Source: Verrucomicrobiota bacterium
GTDB taxonomy: Bacteria > Verrucomicrobiota > Verrucomicrobiia > Limisphaerales > CANJXF01
Direction: 5' to 3'
Assembly (NCBI GenBank): GCA_038214755.1
Contig: JBBQRQ010000016.1
Location: 1-64,000 of the forward strand
DNA length: 64,000 nucleotides
Shown: positions 58,221 to 64,000 of the stretch, piece after piece
Numbering within the stretch: the stretch's first letter is position 1
Layout of the letters: each line of letters starts with the position of its first letter
Position numbers and translations under genes: made by a program
The notes under the pieces: generated by a model
Databases searched by the model: none
What the model saw: only the letters and a program-made list of their open reading frames with translations
Told to the model about the DNA's origin: nothing

Positions 58221-58371
58221 TTTAACGCAAAGACGCAAAGGTGCAAAGACGCAAAGGATTCAAAAATGTTTCCTGGGAATTTTTGTTTGTCACGTAAGGT
58301 GAGAACTATCGGTGGCCACCGATCCTCCTCTTCCCCTTTGCGTCCTGGCCACTTTGCGTCTTTGCGTTGAA
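58221..58371. repeat. AACGCAAAGACGCAAAG-type inverted repeat pair
   Basis: TTAACGCAAAGACGCAAAG...CTTTGCGTCTTTGCGTTGAA; a related unit lies at about 36931. Confidence 0.7.
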
Positions 58372-58384
58372 TTCCAAAATCAAT

Positions 58385-59746
58385 TCAGCGCGACAACCGC
58401 TTCTCCAGGTTGCTCACAACTTGACGAACATTGGCGTCCACTTCCATGCGGCCTTTGACCAGACGGCAGGCGTGCAGGACGGTGCCGTGATCGCGGCCTC
58501 CGAACGCTTCGCCAATGGTGTTGAGGGAACTGGCGGTGAGTTGTCGGGCCAGGAACATCGCGATCTGCCGTGGGAAAGCGATATTCTCCGGCCGGCGCTT
58601 GCTCGTCATGTCGGCCAGACGAATATCAAAATGTTCAGCAACTTTCTTTTGAATGACGTCGATGTTGATGGCGAAGCGGCCTTCCTCGTGGAGAACTTCC
58701 CGGAGCAATCCTTCGACGGTTTCCAACGTGAGTTTTTTCCCGGTGAGCAACGTGTAGGAGGCGACACGCGTGAGCGCTCCTTCGAGCCGGCGAATATTCG
58801 TCCGGATGCGGCAACTGAGAAAATTTAAAATTTCGTCCGGCAGCTCGACGCCCATGGCCGCTGCTTTTTTTCGCAAGATGGCCAAGCGTGTTTCAACGTC
58901 GGGCGGTTGCATGTCAGCGACCAACCCCCACTCGAAGCGCGAGACGAGACGTTGTTCGAGATTTTGAATTTCACTGGCAGGCCGGTCACAGGTGAGCACA
59001 ATTTGTTTGTGGGATTCGTGCAGCGCGTTGAACGTGTGAAAAAATTCTTCCTGAATTCGCTCTTTGCCCGCCAGAAATTGAATGTCGTCAATCAACAACA
59101 CATCCGTTTGCCGGTAGCGTTTTCTAAAACGCGCCAGTTGATTATTCTGGATGCCGTCGATGTATTCGTTGGTGAATTTCTCCGAGGAAAGATAAGCGAC
59201 GCGCGCCGACTTTTGGTGCGCCACGACATATTGGCCGATAGCATGGAGCAAATGTGTTTTTCCTAAACCGACACCGCCATAAAGAAAAAGTGGGTTGTAA
59301 GATTTCGCGGGCGCCTGGGCGACGGCTCGCGCCGCAGCGTGAGCGTGACTGTTGGTTTCGCCAACGACGAACGTGTCGAAAGTATTTTTCGGATTGAGAG
59401 TCAACTCCCGGTTTACCGCGGCGCTCCGTTCCTGCTCGGGATCAATTTTTAATTTATTTTTGCCGTTGCTCGCGGAAACGGTGGCGGAGCCGATTCCTGA
59501 TCCGACTCGAAACTTCACGTTTAACGATTCTCCCGACACGTGAAGAAGGACATCGCGAATCAATCCCAGGTAATTTTCCTTGAGCCACACTTCACAAAAG
59601 TCATCCGAAACTTCCAGGGTGATCACGTCGCCGTCCAAAGCCTGTGCTCGAACTGGCATGAACCAAAGGTTGTAGGTGTCGGTGTTTAACATCGTGCGCA
59701 ATTGTTCTTGCGCGCTCGTCCAAATTTTTTCAGCGGATGCTGGCAT
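58385..59746 (-). CDS. dnaA: Chromosomal replication initiator DnaA
   Basis: NPLFLYGGVGLGKTHL, LIDDIQF, SRFEWG, NIRRLEG and FGGRDHGTV motifs. Confidence 0.98.
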   Translation of the reverse strand: MPASAEKIWTSAQEQLRTMLNTDTYNLWFMPVRAQALDGDVITLEVSDDFCEVWLKENYLGLIRDVLLHVSGESLNVKFRVGSGIGSATVSASNGKNKLKIDPEQERSAAVNRELTLNPKNTFDTFVVGETNSHAHAAARAVAQAPAKSYNPLFLYGGVGLGKTHLLHAIGQYVVAHQKSARVAYLSSEKFTNEYIDGIQNNQLARFRKRYRQTDVLLIDDIQFLAGKERIQEEFFHTFNALHESHKQIVLTCDRPASEIQNLEQRLVSRFEWGLVADMQPPDVETRLAILRKKAAAMGVELPDEILNFLSCRIRTNIRRLEGALTRVASYTLLTGKKLTLETVEGLLREVLHEEGRFAINIDVIQKKVAEHFDIRLADMTSKRRPENIAFPRQIAMFLARQLTASSLNTIGEAFGGRDHGTVLHACRLVKGRMEVDANVRQVVSNLEKRLSR

Positions 59747-60816
59747 GATATATCTCCAACTTTATTCACCGGGCAACGTTAACGCCCTTTAAAATTAATT
59801 GTTTCGTGCGGTTTGGCTTTCGATTCGTTTGAAGGTTTTGACCGCCAATCAACCCGCGGCAAAAGTATTTTTTTCCTTTTTCATCCTGCTCCATAAACCT
59901 TTAAACAAAAGCAGTTTACACTATGTCTATTTCTCCTCCCTCTCACCCCGCCGCCGATGGGGTCGGACAGTCCTAAGAATATTCTCAGGCGACGAAAGTT
60001 TGTATGCAATGCGGTCGCAAGTGGCGAGGACAACATATTAACTCTTATTAACGAGTTATTCACATCGAAAATTCCCTTTTAAAATAAGGGTTTCGAGTGG
60101 TTTGACTTGAGTTCGAGAACTCGAAAGAGGGACGAACAGAACCCATTTTCCGAATCGCAGTAGAAAAACTTCGTTCGACTTTGCATCCTGCAGCCCGTTT
60201 TTGTTTCAGCATATTTATTTTCGGCCGACCACAAGTTGTTTCCTTTCGGCGTTGAAATTAAACGGTTTCTTTTTTTGTCCTCGCTGTGGATGCGGACGGT
60301 TTTCATTGGGGCTTACCAAAAAACGTCCCCGCCCTATTCTCCGGTTTCCGCTGGCTTTCTCCCTCGGCGCGCTTTCATTTTGCAGATATTAGCAATCGAG
60401 AAAACGATGTGTAAACCTGAAAACCAAATTAAAAACTTTTTTTTATTTTTTTTCCGCGAAGCGAATTATAATTGGGGCAAAACAGCCACAACTAATTCAT
60501 CAAACCAAACCGGTTAATACTTTTTAAAGTTCTTGACGGGAGCGCGGCGCGATGATTACTTGCCCCTTGATTACGCCACCGGCTTTCGGGCAAAAAATAA
60601 AATTGTTCTTTATGCCCATTTAATTTCGGCCGCGGCTTGGTACAGGCCGCAGCCGGATCTCTACGTGATCCACATGTGTACCAATTCGAAAATTCCCCGG
60701 GCTTCTTAGTCATCCCCTGACTACTTAGCCCGGTTTTTTTTAGCCCTTGAATTAAATCCAAACGGGGAGGAAAAGTTCGCTCCCAAAAAGTTTTTCCAAT
60801 ATAGGTGGGCGTCCAA
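59747..60816. promoter_or_regulatory. dnaA upstream region / candidate oriC with DnaA boxes
   Basis: About 1.07 kb, AT-rich, no convincing ORF. Boxes: TTATTCACA 60056-60064, TTATTCACC 59762-59770, TGATCCACA 60666-60674, and a weak TGTGGATGC 60285-60293. Confidence 0.5.
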
Positions 60817-63800
60817 ATGAAACGACCGTTTATCTTTACCAAAATTTATTCCGGCGCATTTCTTTTTTTCTCTCTCGCTCTTGGCATCGCGGCAGAAAAT
60901 CCGTTCGCGGAAATCATTCGCAAGACAGCACCACTGACTCCCGACCAGGAGCAGAAAACGTTTCATCTCCCCCCGGGCTTCGCCATTGAACTTGTGGCGA
61001 GCGAGCCACAAATCAGCAAGCCGATGAATCTGGATTTCGACGCGAAAGGCCGCCTTTGGATGACGCAGTCGCGCGAATATCCCTTTCCGGTATTGCCCAT
61101 CGAAAAAAAAGGGCGCGACAAAATTCAAGTGCTGGAAAATTTTGATCTCACGGGCCGCGCGCAAAAAATATCTACGTTCGCCGACGGGTTGAATATTCCC
61201 ATCGGAATTTATCCCTACAAAAATGGTGCGCTCGCCTTCAGCATCCCGACTATTTATTTTTTCCAAGATACCAACGGCGACGGAATCGCGGACAAACAGG
61301 AACTTTTTCTCGGCCGTTTTGGTTTCGAAAAAGATACGCACGGATTGACCGGTCATTTTCGACGCGGTTTTGACGGCTGGCTTTACGCCGATCACGGGTT
61401 CAACAATGATTCCACTCTCACCGCCAAAGATGGCAGCACGATCAAGTTAAATTCCGGCAACACCTATCGCATCAAAATCGACGGCTCTCACCTTGAGCAA
61501 TTTACCTGGGGACAGGTCAATCCGTTCGGTCTGATGTTCGATCCGCTCGGTGATCTTTGGTCCTCGGACTGCCACAGTTCGCCGCTTTATCTTCTCACCC
61601 GCGGCGCCCATCTTCCCAGTTTCGGCAAAGTCCACGATGGCCTCGGCTACGCTCCGAACATTTGCGAACACAGCCACGGTTCCACCGCCATTGCCGGAAT
61701 GGTTTTTTACGCCGCCACGAATTTTCCGGCGCAATTTCGTAACAATACTTTTATTGGAAACGTGATGACCTGCCGCATCAATCGCGATTCATTCATCGAA
61801 CACGGCTCAACGCGCATCGCAAAAGAAGAACCGGATTTTTTAACGTGCGATGACCCTTGGTTTCGCCCGGTTGATTTGCAACTCGGCCCGGATGGCGCCC
61901 TTTACGTGGCCGATTTTTACAACCGGATTATTGGCCATTACGAAGTTCCGCTGACCCATCCCGGTCGCGACCGTGAGCGCGGACGAATCTGGCGCATCGT
62001 TTACAAAGGCGAACGCGCTGCCGACATTCTGTCGGCAGAAAACACCAGACAGTTTCGGGGAGATAAAAATATTCCCACGCGTCCATCAATGAAGACTTCT
62101 ACCGACAGAATGTCGGCAGCACTTTCTGAATTGGGCAACGCCAACATCACGCGCCGAATGTTGGCCATGAACGAAATCACTGACCGCATCGGTCAACCTG
62201 CAATCGCGCCCATCAAAAAAATGATGCGCAATAAAAAATCAACCGCGTTCCAAAAAATTCACGGCCTCTGGATTTTGCAGCGTCTGGATGCGCTCGACGC
62301 AAAAATTTTGTCGTCTGCCGCCAACGATTTTGATCGCGGTGTTCGGGTTCATGCCCTGCGCGTTTTGTCGGAAATTCCAGAATGGACTCAGCCTCAAAAG
62401 CAACTCGCCCGCGCCGGCTTACGCGACAGCGATGCCTATGTTCAACGCGCCGCCGCAGATGCGTTCGGCCAGCATCCCGCCCTCGAAAACGTCCCGCTGC
62501 TTTTGGAATTGCGCGAGCGAATTCCCGTTCAAGACACCGAACTTTTATACGTCGCACGCATGGCGTTGCGGAACCAACTGATTGATTCGAATCATTTTTC
62601 CGCAGTAATGAAGTCGGATTTGACGGAAGCCGATTCGCGTGCCATCGCGGACGTTGCGGTCGGGGTGAAGAATTCGGTAGCCGGACAATTTCTTCTCGCG
62701 CACATTCAAAAATTTTCCGAAGAGAGAACGAGACTCACCGAATATTTGCGCCACATCGTTCGTTACGCTGAATCCGGTTCCGAACAAATTGCCGCCTTCA
62801 CCGAAAAAACTTTTGCTGACGACATTGATTTTCAGGTGGCGCTTTTTAAATCGGTTCAAGAGGGCGCGGCGCAACGAGGGTCGCCACTCGCCCAACCCGT
62901 CCGCGACTGGGGCGAGCGTCTCGCGGAAAAACTTTTGCTCTCCATCGACGCAAAAACTTTGGAGTGGCGCAACTCCGCGATCAAAGGCGGCGAACCGACC
63001 AACCCGTGGTTTCTCCAAGTGCGCGAGTCTGCTGACGGCGATAAAAGCTCGCCGTTTTTTTGCAGCTTCCCGCCGGGCGGAGAAAAACTCACCGGCATTT
63101 TGAAATCGCGACCGTTCACTATTCCATCGCGCCTCAGTTTTTTTATGGCGGGTCACGATGGTTCGCCGGACAAACCGCCGCGAAAGAAAAATCTGGTGCG
63201 CCTGCGCGCGGTTGAGACGCAAGAGATTTTGGCCAGCAGCGCGCCGCCGAGAAATGACATTGCCCAACTTTATACGTGGGACCTCGCTGCTCACGCCGGG
63301 AAAAAAGGTTCATTGGAAATCGTCGATGGCAACGGCGGGCATTCCTACGCCTGGATCGCGGTTGGCCGATTCGATCCATCAGTTGTCTCGCTTCCGAAGG
63401 TAATTCCGAACCAGGTGGATCAACGCCAGCAGGCGGGAGCTCAATTGGCGGGCGCGCTTCGCCTCACCAAACTTGCGCCCCAACTCTCCGAAATTCTCAA
63501 CGACGCCGAGGCGAATAGGGATGCGCGCGCGGCGGCGGCCAAAGCATTGGCGGTGATAAATCCCACGGGGCATTTGTCCAATTTTAAAAACCTTCTCGAT
63601 CATCCAGCGACTCCCGAAAAAGTGCGCGAGAAAATTGCGGAAGCGTTGGCCGAGGTGAATTCGGCGGAGGCCAAAGGCATTTTGGTCGGCGCTTTGCCGA
63701 ACGCGCCGCGCCAACTTCAAATGCAGATCAGTCTCGCTCTGGCCAACAACCTCGAGGGTGCCGAAGCCTTGTTGGAGTCAGTTGAGAATGGAAAAGTTTC

Positions 63801-64000
63801 TGCGCGTTTGCTTCAGGAAAATTCTGTGCGCGAACGGTTGGGCGCGAAAAAAAATCCAACGCTCAAAATTCGTTTGGAAACACTCGTGGCGGGCTTGACT
63901 CCATTGAGTGTCGAGAAACAAAAATTAATCGACGAACGTCGCGCCAAATTTTTTGAGGCCGAACCCGATGCGGAATTTGGCGCAAAAGTTTTCACGCAAA
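60817..64000 (+). CDS. PVC-type membrane-bound dehydrogenase / heme-binding protein (partial, runs off the window end)
   Basis: Absent from the ORF track because no stop occurs in the window. ATG 60817 reads MKRPF...FHLPPGFAIELVASEP...FDAKGRLW...DPWFRPVD..GPDGALYVADFYN...RGRIWRI, followed by HEAT-like repeats. Confidence 0.88.
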   Translation, partial: MKRPFIFTKIYSGAFLFFSLALGIAAENPFAEIIRKTAPLTPDQEQKTFHLPPGFAIELVASEPQISKPMNLDFDAKGRLWMTQSREYPFPVLPIEKKGRDKIQVLENFDLTGRAQKISTFADGLNIPIGIYPYKNGALAFSIPTIYFFQDTNGDGIADKQELFLGRFGFEKDTHGLTGHFRRGFDGWLYADHGFNNDSTLTAKDGSTIKLNSGNTYRIKIDGSHLEQFTWGQVNPFGLMFDPLGDLWSSDCHSSPLYLLTRGAHLPSFGKVHDGLGYAPNICEHSHGSTAIAGMVFYAATNFPAQFRNNTFIGNVMTCRINRDSFIEHGSTRIAKEEPDFLTCDDPWFRPVDLQLGPDGALYVADFYNRIIGHYEVPLTHPGRDRERGRIWRIVYKGERAADILSAENTRQFRGDKNIPTRPSMKTSTDRMSAALSELGNANITRRMLAMNEITDRIGQPAIAPIKKMMRNKKSTAFQKIHGLWILQRLDALDAKILSSAANDFDRGVRVHALRVLSEIPEWTQPQKQLARAGLRDSDAYVQRAAADAFGQHPALENVPLLLELRERIPVQDTELLYVARMALRNQLIDSNHFSAVMKSDLTEADSRAIADVAVGVKNSVAGQFLLAHIQKFSEERTRLTEYLRHIVRYAESGSEQIAAFTEKTFADDIDFQVALFKSVQEGAAQRGSPLAQPVRDWGERLAEKLLLSIDAKTLEWRNSAIKGGEPTNPWFLQVRESADGDKSSPFFCSFPPGGEKLTGILKSRPFTIPSRLSFFMAGHDGSPDKPPRKKNLVRLRAVETQEILASSAPPRNDIAQLYTWDLAAHAGKKGSLEIVDGNGGHSYAWIAVGRFDPSVVSLPKVIPNQVDQRQQAGAQLAGALRLTKLAPQLSEILNDAEANRDARAAAAKALAVINPTGHLSNFKNLLDHPATPEKVREKIAEALAEVNSAEAKGILVGALPNAPRQLQMQISLALANNLEGAEALLESVENGKVSARLLQENSVRERLGAKKNPTLKIRLETLVAGLTPLSVEKQKLIDERRAKFFEAEPDAEFGAKVFTQ

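Noticed and set aside
59799..60842. Several short ORFs upstream of dnaA
   Set aside because: AT-rich, overlapping on both strands, with no motifs and no rpmH-like peptide.
60721..63995. Many short ORFs in the last 3 kb
   Set aside because: They are shadows of the long + strand gene starting at 60817, which the ORF track omitted.

Overview
This is a bacterial chromosomal window whose gene content points to Verrucomicrobiota, Pedosphaera-like (an inference from the DUF1501/DUF1549/DUF1553 clusters, H-X9-DG pseudopilins and a PVC heme-binding protein). Housekeeping genes are pheT, panB, a RfaE1/HldA kinase, maf and dnaA with an AT-rich upstream region containing DnaA boxes. A 6S RNA missing from the ORF track lies at about 37279-37454 (-). 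Main points of interest: (1) a phcB/phcS/phcQ(R)-like methyl-ester quorum-sensing-type operon divergent from a FadL fatty-acid porin; (2) three unrelated large exported proteins that share a C-terminal W...G[FWY]xL[QE]...W...F[FY]RL domain, each beside H-X9-DG pseudopilins, which may be an undescribed sorting/secretion system; (3) many GTAG/GGAG-type palindromic repeats, several nested and several inserted in frame inside proteins, including PheT; (4) an IS4-family element with an 8-bp target duplication inside one repeat arm; (5) about seven toxin-antitoxin-like cassettes, including a stack upstream of pheT bounded by a diverged copy of the pheT 5' end. All functional calls come from motif recognition by eye; no database searches were run.
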